Assembly: GCF_036321535.1 (NCBI RefSeq)
Contig: NC_087459.1
Location: 17,918,001-17,982,000, forward strand
Length of the DNA: 64,000 nt
Direction of reading: 5' to 3'
Origin: Camelus dromedarius
Lineage: Eukaryota
Both the position numbers and the translations under genes were made by a program. The notes below the pieces were generated by a model that saw nothing but the letters and a program-made list of their open reading frames with translations, was not told the origin of the DNA and made no database searches. This document shows, in pieces, positions 49,791-62,940 of the stretch (position 1 is the first letter of the stretch; each line of letters opens with the position of its first letter).

Positions 49791-52439
49791 TGACTAATAA
49801 ATTGTTAACAACAATGAAATCATTCCCAGAATAGAAACTCCTTAATCTGTTCAAGGCAAACTATGCTCTGTCCCCGCCTCCCTTTCCAGCCTCACCTTTG
49901 ACCATTTTCCAATGTTCATTCCACTAAAATGGGTTTAATTATTATTCCCAAAACAGTCGCTGAGTTTTCCCATTTCTGTACCATTCAAATATATGTTATT
50001 CCTTCTGCTCTAAATGCTTCTCCACACCTATCAAACTCTTACCCCCAAGGGAAAATGCTCATGCTATGTTGTTAACTGGGGGGGGGGGGGAGGATACAAA
50101 ATTGCATATACTCAATGTACATACTTTCCTTTAAAGATGTATGCAAAGGGAAAAAAACTGGAAGAACATACTAAGAGTCATTTCTGGGTGGTGAGTTTAC
50201 TGGTAAATCATTTCTTTTTCATATTTTTCTCTAATTTTCAAAAATTCAATAACCTGTACATGTATCATATAACAGTCAAAAACAAAAAAATTTTTAATTC
50301 ATCTTTCATGGTTCTACTCATATACTAGATGCTTCATAAAAGCTTCCTTGATTTTCCTTCATGCTGGGGAGGCCGGAGGCAGTTTGCACATTCCAGCCTG
50401 TAATAAAACTATTTGTGTACCTGTTTTCTCCCAGCCTCGCCCTCAACCAAGCTGTGGGGCCTTTGAAGGGTAGCAATCTTATGCATTTTTGTATTCCCCG
50501 CCATTCCTCATGTAACTAATATTTTTAAATGATATTTACAAGTTGGTTACCGCTTTGAAAATTCCTACTTTGATTATACCAGATGGGAACCACAAAAAAG
50601 CAAGCAAACTTGATCTCCTATACATTCGTGTATTTAGTGGTTTGAGGAATAAGAAAATTATTTGGTAAATATCAGCATTCAACACATAGCAATGGACTCT
50701 ATGGGTCTAGTATCAAGCAGTTTCTGACATATTTCCCTTAGGGCAAAGGAAATGACTAAACAAAGCACTTGCTTCCAGGCTTACGGATCACAAGGCAGGG
50801 AGACAGTTTCAGCAGTCTCCCAATATATACTGCAGCACCATCGCTGGCTCCCATCTGCCCCCTTCTGGCCAAAACATAGATGCCACAGCCTTAGAATTTA
50901 ACAAAGGAAGGGAAACAAAAAGAAAAACAAAAGCAAACCTGAGCTAACAGGTGCCCAACCTTTTTATATCTGCTTTGTTCCCCCTTCATTTCTGGGAAGC
51001 CCAAAAAGCTTCTGAGAAGGAAAAGCTGTAACAGTAACCAGTGTGGCAATAACCCAGCTAGACTCCAGAGACCTGCCAACAGACCTTACTGTAGTGGGCA
51101 GGAATCCATGAGTTACAAAGGCACTATGTGCTTTTAAAATGCTTAATACTTTCATCAGATCACTTAAAGAAATGAATGTTCCTGCCATATGTAAAATTAT
51201 GCTACAAAAAGTTGCTTCAATTTATCAACTGGATTCACTGGTTGTATAAAATGAACTAGGCAGGTATACATCAAGATTGTGGGGTAACGTGTTGGGAATG
51301 TGCTAATTCACCAGATTTCTCTTTAAAAACTGATAAAAAAGCATCATAGGCCTTCTAGGAAAGATGACTAATTAAAGAGCATGTTACTTTTGCAGAGGAA
51401 AAAAACCCTTCCTGATATTCACCAAAATTAACCAGTAAAAGAAAAACACAATGCCATTCATCTGTACGGAAGTCAGGAAAATACAAACTTCAGAGAATAC
51501 CACTCAGATATGCAATCATTCTCGCCCCCATGAGTGGGGATGCTGGGAGAACTCTGGACACACGCATGGAGAAGCATGGGAGAAAGGCAAAGACTGGGGG
51601 CAAAGGGAGGCCTGGGCAGGCATGGGAAGGCCGCTTCCACCTCAGCTCAGCAGTGGGACAGCCACAGAGCTGAAAAGTGCCATTTCGCCCTCCTGAATCG
51701 GCATCCTGCCTACAAAGTGTAGAATCTAGAAGCAAGCCTGATTCAAATTTGTGAATGAAAGCTGTCAAACACAGCTTACCCCGAAACCAAAGTCCATGAT
51801 CCTGACCCACAGGGCATTCTCTCAAACCTGATTCCAGCACCAAGTAATCAACTCACCCAGAAGGAAAGGAAAAAACTTAAATTCATGGAGCCATGACCTC
51901 CCTGCCGCCCCCACTCCTACTTCCCCAACCTCACATCACTGGATGTACACCCCAACCACACAAGTGAGCTCCACAGTCTGGAGCTGCAACAAATTCGTGA
52001 GAAAATGTGAGGAGTAAAGCTGCCAGATGGTGACTTTCCAAAGGCCCGACTCCAGTCTTAGAATCCTGATAATCAGGAGAAGACTCAAAATAAAGAACTG
52101 GCAAATGGGGAAGATATAAAATGAAAAGGCTGGAGATGAGTCCCGAATTCATTCTCTTTGGCCAACTGAACAGCACAACAGAGAATGTAGCCTTTAAATC
52201 AAGGGCAAGAGGAAAGCTCTCAACTAATTCCAGGTGAACAAGGAGGGGTTTCCAAGGAGATCCCACGCTCACTATTTTTCAGTAAATAGTAGACCCAGAA
52301 AACAGTGCCTGCATACAAATATGAATAAACACAAACAAATACAAACAAAAAAATTCCAGAATGTGATCTATGAAAAAGTACCACCGGGGGTGAAAAAGAG
52401 AAGGGACAGGGCATGCAGAAGGTGCATGCAGAGAACATG

Positions 52440-53075
52440 TCAAGAACAACCAGAGAGAAGATACTAAGGAAGCAGAGACTTGAACAAACACCACAGGCCA
52501 ATCAGATCTAACAGTACAGGGCATGCCATCCCACAACAGCAGAATACACATGCTCCTCAAGTGCCCATGGAACATTCTCCAGGACAGACCACATCCTAGG
52601 CCACAATAGAAGTCTTAACAAATTTTTAAAAACTAAAATCATATAAATCACACAGCATCTTTTTGGATCACAACAGAATAAAACTAAAAATCAACAGAAG
52701 AAGGAAACCTGGAAAAACCCACAAATATGTGGAAATTAAACAACACACTCCTGAACAACCAATGGGTCAAAGAAGATACCACAAGAGAAATTAGAAAGTG
52801 ACAAATGAAAACAAAAACCTAACATACCAAAACTTACGGGATGCCCCAAGAGCAGCCCCAGGAGCTAATTTATAGCTGTATACACTTACAGTTTAAAAAA
52901 AAAAAAAAAAGATCTCAAATCAACAACGTAAACTCTACATCTTATAGAATTGGGGCGGGGGGGAGAACAACCTAAACCCAAAGCTAGCAAAAGGGAAGAA
53001 ATAATAAAGATTAGAGCAGAGATAAGTGAAATAGAGAATACAGAAACAAAACAGAAAACCAACAACACCAAGGGT
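52440..53075 (+). mobile_element. L1 ORF2 endonuclease C-terminal fragment
   Basis: Encodes HPTTAEYTCSSSAHGTFSRTDHILGH (L1 endonuclease SRIDH-like motif) and KPKASKREEIIKIRAEISEIE. Confidence 0.9.
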
Positions 53076-53399
53076 TCTGGACTGTATGCTACAGGGGAGA
53101 CTGTATGTCCCAGCTGGCCCAGGACTGTCTTGGTTTATACCTGTTGTCCCAGTCACATTATTAAAAGCACTCCCTTTTCCTCTCAAAGTGTCCTAATTTA
53201 ATAATAAATTATATGGTCAAATTCAGCCTACTGAAATTTTGTAACGTTTATGTATGATTAGAATTTAAGCATGCACATGTCTGTGTATTTATATATACAA
53301 TTATCTAGCTATAGGTTTTTTTCAAAACACTAAATCCTGATCTCAGCAAACCCACCCATCCTAAAACTAACTGAAACATCAAACAGAACTCTTAAGATA

Positions 53400-53912
53400 T
53401 CAGCACTTATCTCTGCTGCATTATTTACAATAGCCAAGATATGGAAACCACCTAAATGCCCTTCAACTGGTGAATGGATAAAGAAGATGTGATTTATATA
53501 GCGGAATACTACTCAGCCATTTAAAAAAAGATGAAATCTTGCCATTTGCAACAACATGGATAGACCGTGAGAGTATCATGCTTAGTGAAATAAGTCAGAT
53601 GGAGAAAAACAAATACCATATGATTTCACACGTGTGAACTATAAAAAGCAAACAAACAAAATAAATGAACAAATCAAACAAACAAAAACGAACACTTAGA
53701 TGCAGAGAACAGAGTAGTGGTTACCAGAGCGGAAGGGGCAAAGTCGGTGAAGGGGACCAACTGTATGGTAATGAACGGATACAGAACTTCTGGTGGCGAG
53801 CATGCTATAGTGTATACAGTGTATGTATATACAGAAATACACTGTCATACACGTGAAACTTACATAATGTTATAAACCAACGTTACTGCAATAAAAAAAA
53901 TTTTTTTTAAAT
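53400..53912 (+). mobile_element. L1 (L1MA-type) ORF2 end and 3' UTR
   Basis: attatttacaatagccaagatatggaaaccacctaaatgccc...gccatttgcaacaacatggatagacc...aaccaacgttactgcaataaaaaaaa. Confidence 0.9.
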
Positions 53913-54459
53913 TGGAAAAAAAGGATATCAGAACTTATGATTTAATTGCATCATCAGAAATGCACCATCACAAAAACCAGACTGATGCTATGTCTCAGGA
54001 GCCAAGGGAAGAAAGCATTTTCAGAGCAGAAGGGGGAAAAAAACCTTGTTAACTGTTGTTGACAATAAGAAACAGAAAAGTATAAAGTGATACTGGGCCT
54101 TCGGGTTTGGTGATGACACCGTTGTTGGAGACCTTCAACAGAAGAGGTGCAGGAGAACCTTACCCCCAGGGTAGAAGCGCTTGCATGATATATGAGCAAG
54201 AGTGCAGGCAGCAGGGCAGTGGACACAGACTACATTCCGCCAACATAAATAGCTGTGAAGGTAAGAAAACAGCTTTACGGCTGCTTCTTCCTCTTTAACC
54301 AATAGTTTTGTGGATGAAAAGGAAAGGGAGAGTCAGATAAACTTACTTGTTGAAAAAACTCACTGGAAAATAATAAAGCAGCGTAACGGTCTTGATAAGG
54401 GTCAAAACTCAAATGGTATCCTAAAGACTTGTACATTTCTCTAAACATAAACTTTACCC

Positions 54460-54720
54460 CCAAAAAGGAAGACTCATAAACGAACACTGAGCTCTGGTTA
54501 TTGACGTGAATGCTGAAGTGTTTAGGAGGGAAGTGTACTGATGTTTGCGACTTACTTTGAAATGCATCCAAAAAATATGATGGATGGATAGAGAGATGGG
54601 TAGATACAGGAGAAGGCAAATGAGGCGGATGCCAACGCTAGGATTTAGATGGTATGTTCACCGACAGTGATTTCAACTTTTCTGTATTTTGAAGAAGCTC
54701 ATATAAAATGCTGAAGAACA
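54460..54720 (+). mobile_element. L1ME3-type 3' end
   Basis: gaagtgtttaggagggaagtgtactgatgtttgcgacttactttgaaatgcatc; similar copies at about 42640-42870 and 59780-59965. Confidence 0.7.
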
Positions 54721-54859
54721 GGCAACCACCATAAAGTTAGAGACTGACTTCCAATCTATGTGATTTAATCAACATTAAGACATTCTAAAGGCTGAAGATT
54801 CAGAAAGCCTTAGCTTTGTAAAGCAGTGCACACAGAGATGAGAAACGGCCAGCACTCAC

Positions 54860-55028
54860 CTACAGACTGAGAGGTGAATGCGGCCACGATCTGGGGGCTG
54901 GCCAAGGCCTCCAGCCTGTTCTTCAGTGCCTCCAGGTGCACACATTTTTCTGAGTAGTCTGGGGTGTCAGCAAGCATGGTTAAGCTGGTCTGCATGCCTG
55001 TTAGCTTGGCAGAAATCACAGCTGTGTC
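54860..55028 (-). CDS. COG7: COG7 exon 4 (169 nt)
   Basis: Acceptor cttttcatag|; [56 protein letters not shown]; donor G|GTGAGT. Confidence 0.98.
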
Positions 55029-55084
55029 CTATGAAAAGACCAGAATAGAGGGTATTTATTTTAAAACTCCCTTGCTACTTCAAT

Positions 55085-55880
55085 TAAGAATGGACAAAAT
55101 ACATGAAAAAGGAGTTCACAAAATAAGAAAATGGCCCATAGGCATATTATGGTTACTATTATTAGTATTCAAATAAATGCAGATTGAAACAAGAAAGTGC
55201 CATTTTCCTCCTAACAATTCGAAAAACTTCTGAAAAGGTGTAACAGCTATTGCTGGGAAGGGTGCAAAGAAAAAGTCTGTCTAAATTTATATTCTTTCTG
55301 GAAGGCAATTTAGCAATATGCATCCACAGTCTTAAATACATTCACATTCTTTGACTTGGTATTTCCTTTTTCTAGAAATTTGTCTAAGGAAATAATCAGA
55401 GGGACACAGAGATTTTAATGCATTATAATGAATTATAATAACAAAATAATACCAAAATCTGGAAGGAATCTAAATCTTCCATAATAAGAAATAAAATATA
55501 AATTATGGGTCCCTCATAATGGCATGTGGAATATTGTGCAACCCCTAAAAATAATGTTTTTGAAAAGTACTAATTACATAGCAAAATATTTACAACTTAA
55601 TATTACGTGAAACAAATTTAAAAAGCATATAAACACTAAAACATACATAAATGTATATTTACCTATCAAATATGCATACATACAAAAGGTATATATAAGT
55701 ACAAATTATTACAAATACATAGAAAAACACCTAATAAATACTAAAAAAATATTACTAGGACATAGGAATAAGGATCATTCTGTTTTCTTCCCTGTATTTT
55801 TCTGAATTTTCCAAATGTTCTAAGACACATATAAATGATGTTTACAATTGGAAAAATAAATGCTATTTTTAAAAAAGAAT
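55085..55880 (+). mobile_element. Ancient L1 (L1ME/MD) ORF2 end and 3' UTR
   Basis: aaatgcagattgaaacaag...ttctggaaggcaatttagcaatatgcat...ctagaaatttgtctaaggaaataatc. Confidence 0.7.
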
Positions 55881-55889
55881 TAAGAGAGT

Positions 55890-56790
55890 AATAAGTAACT
55901 GCATGTTATTTCAGCAGTGTCTCTGACGCGTCAGACACTGTATGAGATGTTGAGACACAAGGATGAGGAAGGTCACGTGCAGCCCCTGAGTTCACAATGT
56001 ACTGGGGCAGAAAGATTATGACCCAGTCTAAGAGGGTGGCTCAAGGGTTATAGGAGCAAAGGTGAGGGAGCCATTCATTTTCCCTACGAGAGGTGAGGAG
56101 CCGGCAGGGAGAGCGATGAAAGGAGGTGACACTTGAGTCAGACCCTGAGGGACGAGCAGAGGCCTACTCTACTGTAAAAAAGAGGAGAGGAAGGAGAGCT
56201 CAGGCAGGGATCTCGGGCATGAAAGACGATGGTGCGTTAACAGTCCGGAGCAGGCAGAGCTGCAAATCACATGCAGGCAGTGGCCGGAGAAGCAGCTGAA
56301 AACACGGGCTGCACACAGCCCTGTGGTGAAAGGCTGCCTTGTGAGTGGGCTTCAGGTTTATCTGGGAGAAGACGGGGACTCGCTACAGGTTGAAACGGGG
56401 GTGGGGGCGTGAAGGACAGGGAAATGCCATGAGCCGATCTCTGCTTTAGCAGAGCCCCCTGGTCACAGGCAGGGGATAAACCAGAAGCAGGGAAGGGCCC
56501 TGGAGGCAAGGAGGCCGGTGGCAGGCTGTCGCAATGGTCTAGCAGTAAAAGGACTGGAAAGCCTGACTACAGCGGTGGCAGCGGGAGAGAAAGAACAGGC
56601 AACTGGAGAGAAACATGGGGGCCTGGGGAGGAGGGAGCAGTTAAGGACTGCGGAGGTTCCCAGCTAGATACCTGCATAGAAAATGACCCATTAACCAGCA
56701 GAGCAAAGGGAGAGTGGCTTTGAACAGAAATAATGAATTCCATTTCTGAAGAGCCTGGGGCAGTCCAGCTGGATACATCTGGAGTCCAGT
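55890..56790 (-). mobile_element. L2 fragment
   Basis: cagacactgtatgagatgttgagacacaag...ggaggtgacacttgagtcagaccctgagggacgag... Confidence 0.55.
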
Positions 56791-57751
56791 TAGTTCTGAA
56801 TATCAGGTGAGTTGGGAGGAGAAAACCAAGATGTAACTTTCAGCTAACTAACAACAGTTTGCTACTATTCAAATCAGAGATGCAATTTCAGTCCACTCCC
56901 TCTCATGCACAGGGGCCAGGAATTCAGCGAGATTTGCAACTTATGTAGATGAAGCCTGGATCAACTGAACACGTCAAGTGCCCTGAGGGGCTCAGAAATG
57001 GAACGGGAAGGGGAGGGCTCTACCTGTTGTTACAACTTAAAGATAACGACACCTCATACAGAAGAACAGATAGACTGTGGAGTGAAAAAAGCCACGTGCG
57101 AAGCAGTGTTCACAAGGTGCTACCTTTGTGGGGGGGGGAAGGCAGGGAACACACATGTATGCGCATCTGGAAGGACGGGCACAAAGCTGGTAACAGGGTG
57201 TGTGTGCAGAAGGAAATCAGGGGACTGGGAGGGTCAGAGCTGCGAGAAGGACTCCTCACTGTTCAGTCCTGTTTACTCATTCCTTCCCACGGGAATTTAT
57301 AACTTTTTAAAAAAGTTTTTAAAAATAGCAAAAGGGATAACATTTATTTTGCTCTACGGTTGAAAGAGAGTTTATCGAAGACATCATCTCATGTCATCCC
57401 TATAACCAGGTATCAACATTTGTGTCACTATTTTCCATGCACACTCTGCCACCTGGGAGAGCGAAGTAACTCACCAAGGTCCCATGGTGTGTAAGGCCCC
57501 CCAGTCCAAGTTTCACATTCTCGTTTCCTCTGCCTTTCTAATTGAGGCTTCTCCTGAATTCACTCTTGTGACTAAAGAGGCGTCAGTCAAGCAGCGGGTA
57601 GAAATTAAAGAGGGTGGGAATACTCAGAGCAGTCTCAGATCTTCCCCAGCCCGTGCCTGAATGTTTCCACACCCAGTTATTTACTATCCCTTCTGATCCT
57701 GAGTGGCAGAGCTGTCTCATTTGTTTCTCCAAACCTCAAGTTCCTCCTTCA

Positions 57752-57904
<153 letters not shown>

Positions 57905-58191
57905 CTAAAAGAGAAATGGGGGTCAAGCACTAAGGAAGTGGCAGTTCCATCTTCTCTACCTGCTGCCAGTGACTCGAAACGTAAGTGTCCTGGCACGCTC
58001 CCGCCTTTAGGGACCCTCTGTACCCCGTACAGCACTGATCACACGGCTAAGCCGTTCAGCAGTGCTGAAGAGAGATGAAGATGCTCAAAGAATCACACAG
58101 AAGAGTCGTCTGAGTGCTTGGTCGAATTTTGAGGTAAGAGGGCCTCCCACTAGGAAAGTGAACATCTCCCGAAAGCAAGAGTCAACACTTA

Positions 58192-58455
<264 letters not shown>

Positions 58456-58699
58456 TCACTACCAACCGCGCAGTTTTCTGAGCCTGTGGAAAGTAAGGGC
58501 TGGTGGGCGGGGAGGTGGGTGGGGAGCGGGTGGGAAGGGCTTCTGCCAGGACACTGTCTTCCCCAGAATGATGGTGAGGGCCGCGTGGTTTAACTAGGAA
58601 TGAGCCATCAACCGGACCCAGTATCCACTGTTTTCCACCACTGAGTTAAACTGTAACTCCCGTTTCGAGGAAGGAGGATAGCGGACTCTGACACTGGTG

Positions 58700-58870
58700 G
58701 ATGCCAGCTCTGTGCCAGGTGCTCTGCATACATTATGCCACTCAACATCCATGGCAATCATTGGCAGCTATTTCTTACAGCTAAGAAAACTAAGGCTCAG
58801 AGAGGTTAAGTAACCTGCCCAAGATTCCACAGAGCTGAAACCAAAGCCTTACGTGTGTCTGGACCCAATG
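58700..58870 (-). mobile_element. MIR SINE
   Basis: ctgtgccaggtgctctgc...aagaaaactaaggctcagagaggttaagtaacctgcccaagattccacag. Confidence 0.8.
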
Positions 58871-58884
58871 CCTGCTTGTCATGT

Positions 58885-59030
58885 TCTTTTCAAAATGCAA
58901 ACCATGAGCATCAGCTAGAATGCAGTTAAAATGCAGGTCCCTAGGCCACCTGCCAGAGATTCTTACTAAGTCTCAGTAAGAGATCAAGTGAGATCAAGGA
59001 ACTCGCGTTTTTTTAACAGACATCCCAATT
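58885..59030 (+). mobile_element. MER5A-type hAT fragment
   Basis: ttaaaatgcaggtccctaggccacc...gcgtttttttaacagacatccc. Confidence 0.5.
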
Positions 59031-59779
59031 GTAGAATAAAATCCCAAATCTTTGCAGACCATGATGTGTTATCTGGAAATGGGAGGGTTAACTGCATAAT
59101 TCTTTAGCCCTTGAAAGCGCAATTCACTGGAGAATCGACCAAAGAAGTCCAGAGCCTCCCGCTCCAGCAGTGTGCTGAATGGGATCTTAACATCTTGAAG
59201 ACACACTTCAGGGACCTGTTCATCCAACTCTGCCAAAAAATAACAATTTGCCTCCAGCACTGACTGCGGCTAAAGTTCTAAGACTAAGAAAACAAAGGCA
59301 GGACGCACAAAGACTTCTTCAAAGCACAGAGACTTCAGTGGCTTTTAATACCTGGTCCCCTGCCTACTGAACCTGACTCACTCTCCAGGCCTGGCTGGTT
59401 CCCTATGTACCTCTTTTTCCCTCTCCACAGCCCCTCCCAATTTAGTTCATTCTTGTATCCATTTTAAAAGCATCATTTCCAATGGTTGCCTCTGGGAGTG
59501 TGAGGGCCAAATTTCACTGTGAGGGGGATGGTAACATTCTGTATCTTTTTTTTTAAATGAAATCATTTTATTAAAAACTAATATATACAAATGATAGAAA
59601 ATATAAAGTGTACATATTGGTGTGTCATCCTGTGGTGACATTCTATATCTTGACGCGGGGTTCAGTTATATACTAGCTGAGTATGCCTGTCAAAACCCAT
59701 CAGACTGGTCAGATAAGGTCCATGCATTTCACCGTCTGTAAATAGTATCTAGTTTAAAAAAAAAAAAGCTATAATCAAG

Positions 59780-59965
59780 TACTGAACTGTGTAATGTTTA
59801 GGGTTCTAACTGAAATGTGTAGGGATGAAGTGTGCTGATGTCTTCAACTTATTTTGAAATACATCAAAAAATAAAATACATGAGTGGATTTGTGATAAAG
59901 CAAGAACAGCACACTGTAAATTGTAGAATCGAGGTAGTGGGTATATGGATGTTCACTACAAATCC
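59780..59965 (+). mobile_element. L1ME3-type 3' end
   Basis: gtgtgctgatgtcttcaacttattttgaaatacatc...ggtagtgggtatatggatgttcact. Confidence 0.65.
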
Positions 59966-59984
59966 TCTCTACGTTGCTGTACGG

Positions 59985-60350
59985 TCGGCACCTCCATCCA
60001 CAGTTGCTCAGCTCAAGACTCTGCTGTCATTCTTGATTTTCTCCCCCTCTCATCCCTCATTCCAATCCATCAGCAAGTCCTCCCCTTTCTTCCTCCTAAA
60101 AAACATCCTAAATCTACCCATTTCTCACCATCTCCACAGCCATAACCCCAGATGAAGCCACTCTCATCTCTCTTCTGGACCACAGCAACTGTCTCCTGAA
60201 TGGGGTCATAAATCAAACTTATCTCATTCCCCTGCTTGAAAATCCTCCGGTACCTTTCCATTACGCTCAGTTTAAATCCAATCCAAATTCTTTAACATGA
60301 CATTAAAATCCCTGCATGACCTGGCCCCTGCGCACCTCTCCAACCTAAGA
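59985..60350 (+). mobile_element. L2 fragment
   Basis: ccatccacagttgctcagctcaagac...caatccatcagcaagtcct...cccctgcttgaaaatcctcc...gcatgacctggcccctgc. Confidence 0.8.
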
Positions 60351-60814
60351 AAAGAATCTTGTACAAAAACGTATTTATAGACCCTGGAAGATAAATTGCG
60401 CCCAATTAATATTTGCTGACTGAATGAATGAACAAATCAGTCCTCCTATTAGGGGCCCTCAACAACTCCTGCTTAAATCCCCGCAGTAACTGCAGACTTG
60501 GGCCCTTGTCTCATCTTCCATAAAAATAAAGCTTTAATCCTCCAAAGGCTTCTTACTGCCCATGGGATGAAATCCAAACCCTCAGGATGGCCAAAAAGGC
60601 CTTTCACACAGTTTGATCCTAATCGACTTCTCTGCCTTATCTCCAGCAGAAGTTTCCCCCATTAAAGTGTGATCCTCCTACAATAATAATACTTATAACG
60701 TATTTATTGATGTTATTGATGAAGCTCTGTTTGAACTTCCCACCTTTCTCTGGACGGGCTAGGCCTTTTTATATCCATATGCCTCTGCGCGTGGTTCCCT
60801 CTCCTTTCAATACT

Positions 60815-61300
60815 AGAGAGCCAGTAAAGCATAATGGGTAAGAGCCTGGGCTCTGGAACCAATTGCCTGGGTTCAAACTCCAGGCCCCCATTCATTACCA
60901 GCAACGCAATGCTGGGCAAGTTACTTCCCTCTGCTGCAGTTTCTACAACTAAAAAGTGGGAAGAATAAGGATTATTGTCATGTTTAAATTAGATAATCAT
61001 GACAAAAGTGGGGTGGGGGGCACTATTAACAGTTTGGCCAGGACACTTCTTCACTGTGCAGAACTGTCCCAAGCATTAAGCATCACTAGGGGTCCTTCCA
61101 CTTAATATCCATCATAGTGAAATTCCCCACCATTGCAACAACTTAAAAAACTCCCATCAACTTCAAAATGGGGGGGTGGCGCTGCAGCATTATCACCCCT
61201 GGTTGATAACATAACTACTTAGTTAATACACACAAAGCACTTAAAATAGTACCTGACACATACCAAGGACTAAAATATCTGCTATCATATTACTATTAAT
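60815..61300 (+). mobile_element. MIR SINE interrupted by a MER20/MER3-like hAT element (about 61010-61205, minus strand)
   Basis: gggtaagagcctgggctctggaaccaattgcctgggttcaaactcc...; resumes at gttaatacacacaaagcacttaaaatagtacctgacaca. Confidence 0.7.
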
Positions 61301-62252
61301 GCCCTTCCCATCTTTGCCTTGTGAAGTCTTCCTTCAAGACCTAACACAGGAAAAGCCTTCATCCAGTGATTCTCCCAGACAAGAGGTAACTGCATCCTTC
61401 ATCCAGCTCTCACAGCTCCTGGTTCTCTTCTCAGTAAAGCCACCCCACTCTGTAAGTTGTAAGTTAACTGTTTACATATCTTCCCCACAAGGCAGCAAGC
61501 TCCAGAATGGTAAACTTTCCACCCTCCATGCTCATTTCTTGACACATGCAGAGTAGACGTTCACAAATTAGTAAAAGATGCAAAGTACAATAAAGAATCT
61601 ACAGTGGAATAAAGCGTCCCTCCGCCCCACCTTTCCTTAAACACTGAACACATCTACAAATTTCTGTTCACTGGACCATAAGTTCCCAGTGTGAGCCGTC
61701 TGAGCCATCTTTCCCACAGAGCCCAGCAGGGAGATGCGCTGCAGTAGGTACTGAATGAACATGCAGTGAATTAAAACCAAGTCAGTCCATGAGTCACAGA
61801 AATTGTTGCTGGTGTGTGTTATTTATTATAATTAACTATTCTCGTTAGTTGTATCGATACTTAGTCTTCAGTCAGGCCAACCCACTTCCTCGCTGACATG
61901 AAGATCCACTAAAACAAGCTTCCCAGATTTCTGTCATTTCTATATACCTTTAATATGCTTTTGCCAAGTGTATGGATCAGTTGACTATTATTTAACATTC
62001 TTTACATTCACCCTTTCAAGTTTTAAAAGGAAGCTTGATAGCACCGCCAGAGGTGGAAAACCAAGACCCCTAGTCAGCAAGTGTTCCAGACAGATGAGCA
62101 GCGGGCTGAGACCTTCTCCCGGATGTCCGCATAGGGACTGAAGGAGAACAGGGCCAGGGCTCGCTCTGTCCGTGCGAGGCGCGGGCGTTCACTGCCCGCT
62201 GCGCGCACCCCCGGGGCCCCGGGCCAGCCTGGGAGCTCTGCCCGCCGCTCAC

Positions 62253-62421
62253 CCTCCACGGCGTGGTTCACCTCTTGGATGAACAGCTGCAGCTTCATGA
62301 CCAGGGTGGCCGCGTGGCCGTCCGCCTTCACGGCCGCCGCCTCCTTGGGGCCAGCCCTGAAGGCCGCGTTGATCCACTCTTTCACGTCGAAGTCTTCGGC
62401 CAGGAACTTGGAGAAGTCCAT
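62253..62421 (-). CDS. COG7: COG7 exon 1 (coding part, 169 nt)
   Basis: Kozak gccATGG; [56 protein letters not shown]; donor G|GTGAGC. Confidence 0.98.
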
Positions 62422-62630
62422 GGCCGCACCGCGGCAGCCTCGGTGTCCAGGCCTGAAGAGCTGGCTCCGGGCGGCCACGAGGCTGCAGAAGCGGGCGGCC
62501 CTGCGAGAGCACTGGGGGCCGGCCTGGGAGGCGCCGGGCGAGAATCTACAGTGCAGCCGAACGGCCCCTCCGCGGCCCCCTAGCCAGCTCGCTGAGGTGT
62601 ACCGCTGGGATTGACCCTCGCCGCGCGCCG
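62422..62630 (-). other. COG7: COG7 5' UTR / exon 1 non-coding part (TSS approximate)
   Basis: GC-rich, no upstream ATG between 62422 and about 62655, immediately downstream of the ETS/X-box cluster. Confidence 0.6.
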
Positions 62631-62635
62631 TACTT

Positions 62636-62646
62636 CTTCCGGAAGT
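62636..62646. promoter_or_regulatory. ETS (GABPA/ELK-type) site in palindrome CTTCCGGAAG(T)
   Basis: CCGGAAGT at 62639-62646; perfect 10-bp palindrome at 62636-62645. Confidence 0.7.
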
Positions 62647-62654
62647 AGGTGGCC

Positions 62655-62668
62655 GTTACCATAGCGAC
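62655..62668. promoter_or_regulatory. RFX X-box motif GTTACCATAGCGAC
   Basis: One mismatch from GTTACCATAGCAAC, an instance of the X-box consensus GTTRCCATRGCAAC. Confidence 0.6.
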
Positions 62669-62744
62669 TGCCGCGTTTCAGGAACTACTCCGGTCTGAAA
62701 GCGGCTAGCAGGTACGAGCATCCCGCTTCTTCAGCTAACTTAAG

Positions 62745-62940
62745 TGCTTGTTGAGCCTGAGATATGTGCCTACTCCTAAAGCCCTTACGTATATTAGCGC
62801 ACTTAGTCCTCACTGTCCTATGCCTAGTTATTCTTCTCAACTTAAAGAGGAAGAGCTGAGGCAGTTAAGCAACTGGTTCAAAGTCACAGAGCTGGAAAGT
62901 GGCACTGTGCGGATTTGAACTCAAGCAAAGCCTGAACTCT
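62745..62940 (-). mobile_element. MIR SINE
   Basis: agaggaagagctgaggcagttaagcaactggttcaaagtcacagagctggaaagtggc...ggatttgaactcaag. Confidence 0.7.

Larger units (their letters stand above)
62150..62720. promoter_or_regulatory. CpG island / TATA-less COG7 promoter
   Basis: Very high GC and CpG density spanning exon 1, in sharp contrast to the CpG-poor flanks. Confidence 0.9.

Noticed and set aside
53085-53165. Possible MER94/hAT-Blackjack fragment
   Set aside because: Too short and diverged to call without a Dfam search
62249-62614. Several 87-111-aa ORFs overlapping or antisense to exon 1
   Set aside because: Expected by-product of a GC-rich CpG island with few stop codons; no independent evidence
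62681-62695. ZNF143/ACTACA-type promoter motif (ggaactactccgg)
   Set aside because: Only the GAACTAC core matches; the downstream TTCCC half is missing
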